DNA from: Mobula birostris
Taxonomy: Eukaryota
DNA length: 41,764 nucleotides
Direction: 5' to 3'
Assembly (NCBI RefSeq): GCF_030028105.1
Contig: NC_092370.1
Coordinates: 207,062,005-207,103,768, forward strand
Part shown: piece by piece, positions 23,425 to 34,862 of the stretch
Layout of the letters: every line of letters starts with the position of its first letter
How positions within the stretch are numbered: position 1 is the first letter of the stretch
Translations under genes and position numbers: made by a program
Notes under the pieces: model-generated
Seen by the model: the letters and a program-made list of their open reading frames with translations, nothing else
Database searches by the model: none
Told to the model about the DNA's origin: nothing

Positions 23425-24237
23425 ATTGTATTGGCAAGGGAGATGAGGCTGAGTACAGGGCTACGGTAGGAAACTTTGTCACATGGTGTGAGCAGAATTA
23501 TCTGCAGCTTAATGTGAAAAAGACAAAGGAGCTGGTAGTAGACCTGAGGAGAGCTAAGGCACCTGTTTCCATCCAGGGGGTCAGTGTGGACATGGTGGAG
23601 GATTATAAATACCTGGGGATACAAATTGACAAAAACTGGACTGGTCAAAGAACACTGAGGCTGTCTACAAGAAGGGTCGGAGCCGTCTCTATTTCCTGAG
23701 GAGACTGAGGTCCTTTAACATCTGTCGGACGATGCTGAGGATGTTCTACAAGTCTGTGGTGGCCAGTGCTATCATGTTTGCTGTTGTGTGCTGGGGCAGC
23801 AGGCTGAGGGTAGCAGACACTAACAGAATCAACAAACTCATTTGTAAGGCCAGTGATGTCGTGGGGATGGAACCGGACTCTCTGATGGTGTGTCTGAAAA
23901 GAGGATGCTGTCCAAGTTGCACGCCATCTTGGACAATGTCTCCCATCCACTACATAATGTACTGGGTGGGCACAGGAGTACATTCAGCCAGAGACTCATT
24001 CCACTGAGATGCAACACAGAGCGCCATAGGAAGTCATTCCTGCCTGTGGCCATCAAACTTTACAACTCCTCCCTTGGAGGGTCAGACACCCTGAGCCAGT
24101 AGGCTGGTCCTGGACTTATTTCCTGGCACAATTTACATATTACTATTTAACTATTTATGGTTTTATTACTATTTATTATTTATGGTGCAACTGTAACGAA
24201 AACCAATTTCCCCCGGGATCAATAAAGTATGACTATC
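23425..24237 (+). mobile_element. Rex1/Babar-like LINE, 5'-truncated
   Basis: WCEQNYLQLNVKKTKELVVDLR, YKYLGI and CNTERHRKSFLPVAIKLYN, with tail GGATCAATAAAGTATGACTAT. Confidence 0.9.
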
Positions 24238-25059
24238 TCATCATGATAGAAAAATAAACATTTAATGGAAAAGGTGTCACAATTGAAAATTAAAACAAAC
24301 TAAAATTATTCCTCAGATTATTATTAGAACAAACACTGCTTAACTAGGTGATTGATGCCTTTATAACATGAATTAGACAGCTTTAGAAAGGAGGAACATA
24401 CATGGATACAAGGAAAGGATAGAGAGATAAAATCAAATAGCTTCAGCTGTACAGCTGGCAAAGACATGATGGACGAGTTATTATTGCACTGTAATATACA
24501 ACCATGTTCTTCTTGCCACAAGGTACAAAGTTCTCACAAGTCAAAATTAGATTGATACAAATTTTCCATATTATTGAAAACACAAACAGTAGTCTATTTT
24601 GTAAAGACTTAAAGGATGGATTATACAGTTTTAAAACCTAACCATAACAAAGCTGAATTATGATGAATTGTTACAACTGAAATATTTAAATTAGATTTAC
24701 ATTTCATTTATTTCCTGTGTAAATTCCTTATAAAGGAGAAATTGATTTGTACAGTGGAACATAATATTGGTGATAATGGTGTTGAAAATTCCCAACTGAT
24801 GTGCTAACGTTCCTGATGCTTGATGGAGGAATAAAATTGCTCTGCTTGATGGAAACAAAGCAAAATATTCACTGAAGATGCTCCTGTACAAATAATAGCA
24901 TTTGAGAATAATGCTTGGGAGATTTGCAATAAATATGGAAAGTGTAAATTATATAAGTTTAAAAAAGTATATAAAATTCAAAAATTAAAATCAATTGTTA
25001 AAAGGTTAATACTTCTGTATTTTGCAAAGCTACAGAAAGTAAAAAAAAATGTAACCACT

Positions 25060-26133
25060 TCTATTTCACGCACGTCTGCTCTCACTTCATCCTCCCACTG
25101 CAATGCCAGGGGTAAGGTTACTCTTGTTCTTGCCTACCACCCCATTAGCCTCTGCATCTAGCACATAATTCTCTGTAACTCACACCACCCCCAACAGGAT
25201 CCCACCACCAAGCACATTCTTCCTTCCCCCCTGCTTTCCACAGGGATCGCTCCCTACGTAACTCCCTTGTCCATTCATCCCTCCCCACTGATCTCCTTCC
25301 TGGTACTCATCCTTGCAAGCAGAACAAGTGTCACACCTGCCCCTACACCTCCTCCCTCACTGTCATTTAGGGCTCCAAACAATACATCCGGGTGAAGCAA
25401 CACTTCACCTGTGAATTTGTTGGGGTTAGCTACTATATCTGGTACTCTTGGCATGGCTCCAGTATGTAGGTGAGGCCCAATATAGACTAGGAGACCGCTT
25501 CGCTGAGCACCTACGCGCAATCTACTTGAAAAAGCAGGATTGCCCGGTAGCCACCCATTTCAGTTCTACTATCCATTCTTATTCCGAAATATCAGTCCAT
25601 GGCTTCCTCTACTGCCGCACTGAGGCCACACACAGGTTGGAAGAGCAACACCTTATATTCTGTCTCGGTAGACTGCAACCTGATTTTATGAACATTGGTT
25701 TCTCAAACTTCTGGTAATGCACCCCCCCCCCTTCACAGTTCCCCATTCCCGATTCCCCCTCTCACTTTTTTCCTTATCTGCTCATTACCACCCTCTGGAG
25801 CTCCCCTTTCTTCCGTGGCTTTCTACCCTCTCCTATCAGATTCCCCTTCCTCCAGCCCTGTCTCTCTTTCACCAATCTATTTCGCAGCTCTTTACTTCAT
25901 CCCTCCCCCTCTCCCGGTTTTATCTATCACCAACTACGCTGTACTTCTCCCTCCCCTCCCCTACCTTCTTACTCTGAGCTCATCTTTTTTTTAAAAAAAA
26001 CAGTCCTGATGAAGGGTTTCGGCCAGAAACGTCAACTATTTACTTCTCTCCATAAATGCTGCCTGACCTGCTGAGTTCCTCCAGCATTTTGTGTGAGCTG
26101 CTTTGGACTTCCAGCATCTGCAGATTTTCTTGC
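25060..26133 (+). mobile_element. Penelope-like element 3' part (linker, GIY-YIG endonuclease, terminal repeat)
   Basis: CKQNKCHTCPY zinc-binding linker, QYVGEAQYRLGDRFAEHL, PVATHF and LEEQHLIFCLGRLQP, followed by a hammerhead. Confidence 0.9.
26002..26037 (+). ncRNA. minimal type I hammerhead ribozyme
   Basis: AGTC-CTGATGA-AGGGTTTCGGCCA-GAAA-C-GTC-AACT. The catalytic core and GUC triplet are intact, with one mismatch each in stems I and II. Confidence 0.75.
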
Positions 26134-26552
26134 GAAATTAATTGAGGTTTATCTTATCAAAATGCACACTAACAAAAAGAATGCAATTAATCCTCCGCAT
26201 ATATTAATGTACTATATTAATATATGTAATATATAACTATCAGATTATCTAATAACAAGTATAGCCCGTTACAGTAAATGTCCAAGTGTTTATCTCATGA
26301 ATGTAAGAATTTAAAAAATCTGCACACTTCCAAAAAAAGGTTTACAAATTTGATATGATAATGTGGTTCATCCTCTATTAGTTGCTCAACTGAGCCATTG
26401 TCTTTTATATTGTACATTACCTTCAAAGATGTCACAGTGTTCCATACTTCCCATCCTTCACAGTGGAATTTCCACAAAAATTAAAATAAACCTAACACAA
26501 TTTTTAAAACATGATATGGCAACAAAAGATACATTTAAGGAATAAATCTCTC

Positions 26553-26652
26553 TTGTTATATACACCTGTTCGGGTGCATTCTCCAGTTACCTTATAAGGT
26601 AACCGTAGCCTTCAGCCAGGAGCAGATGTCATCAGGTGGTTCCCAACCTTCA
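26553..26652 (-). repeat. 100-bp terminal direct repeat, copy at the 3' end of HERO
   Basis: Ungapped match to 30278-30377 with 7 mismatches. Contains the perfect palindrome GTTACCTTATAAGGTAAC (26586-26603). Confidence 0.97.
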
Positions 26653-26749
26653 CCGAGTGTCTCGACCCTTAACCATGACACTCTCCAGTTGGTGGGCCAG
26701 CAGTGGTGGCCAAATCACTGCCCATCTGCTCCCGGCTTCCAGCTTCCCT

Positions 26750-29700
26750 CCTCTCGCCTACTCTAAATCCAACAAGAGGCTCGTTCTGCCTCTTCCCCCA
26801 TCCTACAAGCTGCTTGTTTTCGCTCCTTTCGTCCAGGCCCAGATCTGACAACAACCACCATGCTGATTTGGCTGGGAAACCTCTGCAGCCGATCTCCACA
26901 GGGAACAACCATGCCTGCCATCCCTTGTCTTTCCACTCCTGCACCAAGGGCTGGTACTTCAAGGCCTTTCTCTCATGGGCCTCTTCCCATCCCTCCTCCC
27001 ACAGCACAGTCAGCCCAACCAGAATTATTTTTTTGTCTTCCGTTGACCACAGCACAATGTCCGGGCATAGGGTTGTGTGCACCACATCCGGGAACTGCAA
27101 CCTCCTTCCCACATCGACCCTCATCTTCCAGGACCTGGCCGTTAGCAACAGCTTGGGCTTTGGTTGTTTGGTTACGGAAGGCCTGGCTCCCTCTTTGATG
27201 AAGGTGATGGCCTTCCTCAAATCTGTGCCAGCCGTCCTCTTCTTGCATCTCTCCCGCTCTAGTGTGTCAGCAAGAGCCAGAAGCACCTTATCATGGTGCC
27301 ACCTATACCGTCCTTGAGTTAGAGCTGTTTTACACCCAGACAGTATATGAGCCAGTGTCCCCTTTTGACCACAGAGCTTACAGTTCGGGTCCTCGCTCAT
27401 CCCCCATGTGTACAGATGTAATGGTGAAGGAAGGGTGTCATACACGGATCGCAAGAGGAAGGAAATATGGAAGGGCTCCCGTCTCCATAACTCTGCCCAT
27501 GAGATCTTGCGCTTAGGCAGATCCCATTTTGTCCAGGCACCCTGGGACCCTTGTTCCACTGCCTTTGAAATCCGCTTCTCTTCCTCACAGATCTGTACTT
27601 CTGCCTGTATCATGTCTCGCCTGTTCCTTATGCTTGCGTTTCCCCACTTCTGGAAGTGAACTGAGCCAAGGCCTTGCCACCTGACACAGGGGTTGCCAAT
27701 GATATGTCGCAGCTTCAGAGAACACAGTGCCTCCTCCACATCTGCGTTGGCTGCCCACTTGCGCCCAGATCTGGTTGTAACGCCTGTTTGCTTTACCAAG
27801 ACATCATTGGAATCTCTCAAGCTTAATAAGGCTCCACATTTTGCCACCTTGAATTCCTCCACAGAAATGACAGGGGAACCTGCAGTTGCCCAGAACAAAT
27901 GTAGAGGCTCACTAAAGAGAAGCTTGGGGGAACTCCCAACCATCTCCGCAGGTGCTTGTTGGTTCTCCTCTCGATGCCCTCTACGACAGTCATGGGGAAC
28001 TCATGAAGTGTGAAGAGCCAGAGAAGCCTGGGCAGAATGCCGTATTGGTACAGCCAGGTCTTGAATTTACCCGTAAGTCCAGATTTGTCGATCTTCTTCA
28101 ACCATTCGTCTGCCTGCTTCACAGCATTGGTGACATTGGCCCCATCTGTCAGTGACACATTAAACCACTTCTCCAAGCATTTTATCGGGTTATTTTTGAT
28201 GGAAGAGGTGACCTCACCCTGAACTTGGAGGCTAAACTTGCTAGTAACTTTGCCCTTTCTGATCACCATGTACCTGGACTTCTTGGCCTTGAAGGACATC
28301 CTCGCCCAAGTGGCTACATTACCCAGGGTTTCCAATACCCATCTTGCTTGGACATATGACACGGTTGTTATAGTGATGTCGTCCATGAACCCTCGTAGAG
28401 CCAGCTGAATAACGCTCGACTCCAGCGTGGGGCCGCGGGTTACATTTTCTGCTGCTGATAATTCATTCCCATAATAAATAGAATGGGGGAGATGGTGCAT
28501 CCTGTTGGAATTCCCTTCTAGAGGTCCTGCCAACTAGTTGTGAAATGGGCTGATGTAAATCTGAGTTTGAATCCTCCTAGGTAGCTGGTGATCATGTCTC
28601 AAATAGCCACTGGGATGTAGTAGTGGTCAAGTCCTTCTAGGATGAGGTCACATGGAATAGACCCGTAGGTGTTCGCGAGGTCTAACCAGACAACTGTTAG
28701 GTCGCCTTTTTTCTGCTTGGCCTCACGGATCAAATGGCTAATCATTGAGGTGTGTTCCAGACACCCTGAAAAGCCTGGAATACTGCCTTTCTGGATGGAT
28801 GTGTTGATATTGTGGTTCTGCATCACGTAAGAAGTCAGCCTTCTTGCGAGCACAGAAAAGAAAATCTTACATTCCACATCCAGGAGAGAAATTGTCCGAA
28901 AGTGGGCAATTGTGGAAGAAACCTCTTCCTTTGGAATAAAGCAACCCTCTGCCAATTTCCAACTTTTTGGAATAGTACCTTTGGCCCAGATCTTTCTCAT
29001 GACCTTCCACAGCCTCCGAAGTAGTTTCAGGCATTTCTTATACACCTTATAAGGTATGCTGCTTGGGCCTGGGGCAGCTGATGCTTTAGCTTTCCGGATG
29101 ATGTCCTGCCATGTAGGCTCCTTCACATTCAGCTCAACTGATGGATTTGCCAGTCTATGCACAGCCCGATTGGTTCCTAGTCCCTGACCCCTCTGTGGGT
29201 CGCTGTGTGCCTCCCGCAGGAGCTCCTCTACCTCTGGCTTCGAGCTGGATAGTATACCAGATTTTTGTTGGCCGATAAGAGTCCTGGTGAAGCTGAATGG
29301 ATCTGTCACAAACTGCACTCGCCTTTTCTCTTTCTTCCTTCTTTGCTGTCACAGATGTTCCGCCCTCCGGAGTTTGCACAGCTTTTCCCGCAACATACTG
29401 TTTAAGTCCTTGATACCTTCTTTTTCAGCCAGTGGGCTGGTTTTAAACCTCTTGTTGAGCGCCTTTAATTCGCCTCTCAAGCGACAAATCTCCATTTCCC
29501 TCCTATTTGGTTGCCGCGGTAACTCCAGCTGGCTTCTCCACTCCATTGGGCCAAATTGTTCCTTAGCTAGATTGTACGCTATGGCTGTGAGTGAGTCGAT
29601 CTTTCTGTGTACTGGACCCGCTAATGCAATTTCCAGGATGCCATCTAGATCATCATCAAACTGCATCCAGGCGACGTTGTCTGACAATCTAGGCCATTTG

Positions 29701-30042
29701 ATCCTGTCTTTCCTTGACGAATGGATTGGGGTAGCCGAAGAGGAACTCGTTAGGTCTGTTGTTCGGTGCTGAGGCGACTCAAGTGCGGAGAGATCTTCAG
29801 CTCTGTGGGGTGCTTCCTGGCTGGAATTCTCCTTCAACTCACCAGACACTTAAGTCCGTGCGCTGCACTTGGGTCACCATTGATCCACATCTAGACTTGC
29901 TCTGGTGTATTTTGAGCCCTCTGATGTCTTTGCAGACTTTCCCGCAATGACACGTTAATGTGAATTCCTCTCCGGTCAGTGTTGTTCGCTTTAGCTTCCT
30001 CGTAGTCGTGTTTCCTGTCCTGGCCATTGCCAGTACGACCAT
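26750..30042 (-). pseudogene. HERO ZnF-RT-CCHC-RLE polyprotein, disrupted
   Basis: Consecutive ORF pieces 29839-30042, 29349-29849, 28599-29318, 27823-28533 and 26669-27943, separated by stops and frameshifts. Confidence 0.88.
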
Positions 30043-30277
30043 CCTGTTGAGTCTCTCAACCTCCCCCCCTCTAGGGAGACTCTGGGGGTACTGCTCTTCG
30101 TGTTCAGTCGTAGTTTGAGTGGTGCCCTTTTGCGAGTGCTGCCCACAAGGTTGCTAGCGTTGTGAGCCCGTGCCAGTCTTTCCTGGAGGTCAGCTGTCTC
30201 TACAGTGTCACCGACCTTCCTCGGCTCGGCTGCCATCCAGTCTTTCCTGGAGGCCACTGGTACAAACCAGAAATTAT

Positions 30278-30377
30278 TTGTTACATACACCTGTTAGGGT
30301 GCGTTCTCTAGTTATCTTATAAGGTAACCGTAGCCTTCAGCCAGGAGCACATGTCATCAGGTGCTTCCCAACCTTCA
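30278..30377 (-). repeat. 100-bp terminal direct repeat, copy at the 5' end of HERO
   Basis: Ungapped match to 26553-26652. Confidence 0.97.
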
Positions 30378-30421
30378 AACCAATAGATACAAACTATCCA
30401 AGTGAACGAACTTCTAAGATA

Positions 30422-31952
30422 CAGTGCCTTGTAAAAGAATTCAGCTTCCAAACTTTGTTCACATGAGTATTACAACCAGAGATATTGATCAATTTAACTG
30501 AGAATTTTTATTTGTGAATTACATGCTTCTTTCCCCACCCCACCCCCACAGTAGAGCTCAAAAAGACTGGGAAAACTGTAAAGCATGAAAACCTAAAAAT
30601 TCAAAACCTGTTATATCACCAGTTCAAAAGTATTTGCTCAATTCTTAGTTGAACTGCCTCTCTGAGCTATTACAGCCAGTAGTCTTTTTGGATAAGTCTC
30701 TATTAGCTTCACAAAATGTGATGGAGCAAGATTTGCCCATTCCTCTTTGCAGAATTGCTCAAGCTGTGCCAGGTTAATTGGAGAGCAGTGATGACAGCAA
30801 TCTTGAGGTCTTGCCAGAGATGTTCAGTTAGGTTAAGGTCAGTACTCTGACTAGGCCAATCATGAACATCAGTTTTCTTCATTCACAGTTGCTCTGGCAG
30901 TGTGATCATTGTCCAGCTGAAAGAAGAACTTCCTCCCCATTTTAAGCTTTTTGGCAGAGACTAGCAGGTTTTTATCCAGGACCTATCTGTATTTAGCTGC
31001 ATTCAACTTCCGATCAATCCTGATCAAATTTGCAGTTCCTGCGGCTGAAAAGCAACCCCATAGCAGGACGCTACGTTCACCATACTTTACAGTAGGGATG
31101 GTGTTACTTGGCTGATGCACAGTATTAAATTTACACCACACATACTGCTTATGTTGAGGCCAAGAATTTCCACTTTAGTCTTATCTGACCACAAGTCTTT
31201 CTTCCACATTTTCACAGTATCTTTTAAGTGATGCTTTGCAGTTTTTATGAGCAATAATATGTTTTTTTTAAGCCAGCGCTTCTTCCTTGCCACTCTTCCA
31301 TATACCCTTTCTGTGGAGCCATGAATTTCATCTCCAGGTCAGCCAATGACTGCTGCAGCTCATTCAGAGTGATTACTGGAGTCACAGTTACTTCTCTTAC
31401 AAGTGCCATTCTTCTCCGGTGACTAAGTTTAGAGGGGTGTTCTGACCATTTTTCCCCCACTTTTTCATAATGGACTGCACTGAGCTCTGCAGTATGTTCA
31501 GTGTCTTTGAAATGGTTTTGTACACTTCCCCAGGTTTGTGCTTCTCTATAATCATTTCACAAACTTGTCTTGCATGCTCTTTTGTCTTCATTTTGGTTTT
31601 GTCTGTTGAAAATCTACCTTACAGAGAGAGCAGGTATTTATTCTACTGAGTTCATTGAAAAAAGGTGATCCTCCAATTTTCTACATCAACAATTTGGGTG
31701 AGGTGGTAATGTAATATATTGCACCTGAGGAAAGTTAGCATAGTAATTACAAAGGGGATGAATACTTTTTCATCCTCATCATTTTGGTTTTTAATTTTTA
31801 GTAAATTATTGACAAGTTTTGGAATTTTTCTTTTGATTTGACATGATGCACAAGGTTTTGTAGTTTAGCTTAAAAATCTATATTTAAATTGAGAAATGAG
31901 ACAGTAATATGCGAAAATGGTAGTAGGGGCTGAATACTTTTTCAAGGCACTG
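30422..31952 (-). mobile_element. Tc1 transposon, both ends present, transposase decayed
   Basis: TA-CAGTGCCTTGTAAAAGAATTCAGC ... GCTGAATACTTTTTCAAGGCACTG-TA. Minus strand reads MKTKEHARQV...GEVYKTISKTL (ATG at 31591) and LWSDKTKVE. Confidence 0.92.
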
Positions 31953-32069
31953 TATGCCCATAAATTTCCAAAACAGAATTTCTACACAATTTTGTTGATC
32001 CATAAAATGTCTTTTACAATTTGATCTTTAACATTTGAAATCAAAATTCAAAAGAAATAATTTACTCAC

Positions 32070-32133
32070 CTTCTTCATCTCTTAATCCCAATCCCTTTGT
32101 TCGTAAGCATGAGTGTATAAACTCTTCTTTTTC
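32070..32133 (-). CDS. COA8: COA8 internal exon (64 bp)
   Basis: [21 protein letters not shown](G) versus human [22 protein letters not shown]. Splice sites TTTTAAG| and G|GTGAGT. Confidence 0.97.
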
Positions 32134-32534
32134 CTTAAAACAAATATTTTACATTAAAATCGGACACATTTTCAAAATTATTCTCTAATAATTTCATCTA
32201 CCTTTGAATTCAACTGTAACACTCTAATGTTACATGCAAGGGGAGTTCATCTACTCTAAATGATTAGCACTGAGCACTAATTGAGTATTCATGTATGTTT
32301 ATTTCATAAACTATCATAAAGGTTTTTAGATATTAAACAGTTTTCTATCCGTTGCAACAAAACACTTGAATAGGCAGATTTTATTCCAAGACGTCACGTG
32401 TTTTGGTTCAGTGATGATGGCAATGGAGGTTGTATGTTACCATGCATGGTATTCAGCAGGTGTGATGCAGGGAAGAAAGGCCAAAACAGTTTGCTGCTGC
32501 AGTATATTGGGTTTGTAATGAAAAATATAAATCA

Positions 32535-32952
32535 GTGGTGTCATTGAAACTTTTAAGTTCCTGGGTGGCAACAGCTCTGAACATCCATCCTGGCCCCAAT
32601 ATATTGAAGCAGTTACGAAGGCGGCATGCTATATTTCATTAGGAATCCGAGGAGACTAGCAAATTTCTACAGTGGACTGTGGAGAGCATTCTAGCTGGCT
32701 GCATCACCATCTGGTATGAGGCACCAATGTGCAGTATGGGAAAGAGGTGCAGAGTTGCAGACTCTCCTCTTGCCACCTTCATCTTGGGCACTGGCTTCCC
32801 CACTATCAAGAACGTCTTCAACAGGTGATGCCTCAGGGAGGTCACATCCATCATTAATGACCTTCACCATCCAGGACATGCCCTCTTCTTATTGCTACCA
32901 TCAGGAAGGAGGTACAAGAGCCTAAAGACTCTTAAAGAACAGCTTCTTCTGA
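32535..32952 (+). mobile_element. Rex1/Babar-like fragment
   Basis: FKFLG, TVESILAGCITIWY and HPGHALFLLLPSGRRYKSL motifs. Confidence 0.75.
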
Positions 32953-33304
32953 AACATTAAATTATGACAAGGTAACATGATCCTAGCCAAAGTAAAGTTT
33001 ATTTCAATGAGAGTTTGCCCCATTCAAGTGAAAACCTTAAAGGTATTTTCACAATTCCCTGATCTACTATTCGATCCCCAATAAACACACCCCTTCTCTT
33101 AGCAATTTCCTATGCAGCTGAAGAAAATCTGCCTTCTAAACATTGTTCTTTCGCATTATCACTCTTTACTTCCAATCAAGTGTATTGCATTTGGTGATCA
33201 CAATGTGGTTTTATCTACATTGGAGCTATATATCTTCTTCTCCTGGTCACTCTGCAAGGATGACCCTGCACTTCCAGTTGGTCTCCTGTGACTTCTTCAT
33301 CCCA

Positions 33305-33560
33305 GTTAGAACAGAGTTGAGGAGGAATTTCTTTAGCCAAAGATTGATGAATCTGTAGAATTCATTGCCATAGATGGGGTATATTTAAAGACAAGGTTTA
33401 TAGATTCTTGATTAGTAAGTGCATCAAAGGTTACGGGGGTGGGGGTAGGGGTAGGCAGGAGAACAAGATTGAGAGAGACAACGAATCTGTCATGATCAAA
33501 TGGCAGAGCAGACTTGATGGGCCAAATGGCCTAATTCTGCTCCTCTGTTTTATGGCCTTA
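33305..33560 (+). mobile_element. CR1-type LINE 3' fragment
   Basis: RTELRRNFFSQRLMNL, followed by a 3' UTR shared with 22865-23145. Confidence 0.75.
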
Positions 33561-33561
33561 T

Positions 33562-33720
33562 TCCCATTCCCACTCTGACCTCCATGTCTTCAGCTTCCTA
33601 AATTGTTCCTAAGAATCCCGTGTGAGCCTAAGGAACGACATTTCATCTTTTGTCCAGCCATGTTGCAGCCTTCAGGATTGAATATGGAATCTAACTGTGT
33701 CCTATAACTGGCTTTTTCTG
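33562..33720 (+). mobile_element. decayed PLE GIY-YIG end
   Basis: CCCATTCCCACTCTGACCT...AAGGAACGACATTTCATCTTT...GCAGCCT...GAATATGGAAT is similar to 25570-25715. Confidence 0.55.
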
Positions 33721-34523
33721 TAATAATTAGAAATGGGAGGCCCATTCTAATGTAAGGTCATAAACGTAATAATTTTCTGCTTCACAGGTGCTACTTGATC
33801 TAGTGACCCGGGCATTGGTACCATTTGGTCTGCAGCTGAAAAGGGAGACATGGCTCAGGCGGAAAAGATGAAACACGCTTCGGTGCCTCCATTACTGAAA
33901 GAATGACCTCAGTTGGAGTTGAAGAACCAGATCTTATACCGGGTCACATCACCCCCGGACCGACCTCAGCATTGCCAGCTGGTTCTGCCCGAGAAGTATC
34001 GGAGGATTGCGCCGAAGTCACTTCATGATGATTCTGGACATTTGGGGGTGGAAAAGACCTACGGCTTGCTCAATGACCAGTTTTACTGGCCCCAAATGAA
34101 GTCTGAGGTTGAAGAATACTGCAAGTTGTGCATTCGCTGCATACGCCGGAAGACACTGCCTACACAGGCAGCTCCTTTGTCCCACTTGCCCCTGGACCTG
34201 GTGTGTATGGATTTCCTGTCCATAGAACCCGATGCCAGCAACACGGTGAATGTCTTAGTCATCATGGACCACTACACCAGATGTACTCAGGCTTTTCCTA
34301 CCAGGGACCAGAGGGTGACTATGGTGGCAGGAGTATTATGGGAGAAGTATTCCATTCATTATGGCCTTCCCAGGTGGATACATAGTGACCAGGGACGGGA
34401 CTTCGAGAGCAGACTCATCTATGTTACTGGGCATGCTGGGAGTTGAGAAATCGAGGACCCACGCCCTATCACTCACAGGGAGATCCCCAGCCTGAAAGGT
34501 TTCATCAGACCTTGCTAGACATG

Positions 34524-34862
34524 GCTCTTGACGTGAGTTGGCAAAAGCACATGACGAACATCGAGCTCTATAACAGGCTACAGAAGCTCACCACTAAAAT
34601 CGAGGCGAGAAGACTGCAACTAGCGGGGCACTGTTTATGCCACTCCGAGCTACCTGCCTGTCTAGTCATCATACGGGAGCCCAAGCACGGGAGGATGAAC
34701 CCTGGGCGCCCTCCCAAGACTATGGTCAACACACTCCTAGAAGACAGTGGCGCAGCTAATGTAGATGAACTGAACACACTGATGAGGGAGAGGGAGAAGT
34801 GGAGAGTCCGTCATCGTGCCCGACGCCGGCCCCCTAGGCCTGAGTCGACGTAGTAGTAGTAG
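34524..34862 (+). mobile_element. RTE-like LINE 3' end inserted in the integrase
   Basis: 12-bp TSD TTGCTAGACATG (34512-34523 and 34863-34874) and a (TAG)n tail. Encodes VSWQKHMTNIELY...RRLQLAGHC...GRP...EREKWR. Confidence 0.9.

Larger units (their letters stand above)
26553..30377 (-). mobile_element. HERO-type (R2-group, RLE) non-LTR retrotransposon, near full length, in a COA8 intron
   Basis: One broken ORF containing an N-terminal zinc finger CHCGKVCKDIRGLKIH, RT (WLDLANTYGSI, GCTISPIL, FMDD), CCHC CKLCGQKGTLAHILSGC and RLE (GRYRWHHDKVL, PDIVLW, ERKALKY). Confidence 0.9.

Noticed and set aside
26610-26675. CTGATGA plus GAGAC in the HERO 3' UTR as a hammerhead ribozyme
   Set aside because: I could not build stems II and III or a UH cleavage site around the core, so it is not called a hammerhead.
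26703-27317. 204-aa plus-strand ORF and other plus-strand ORFs over 26.6-30 kb
   Set aside because: Antisense shadows of the HERO ORF.
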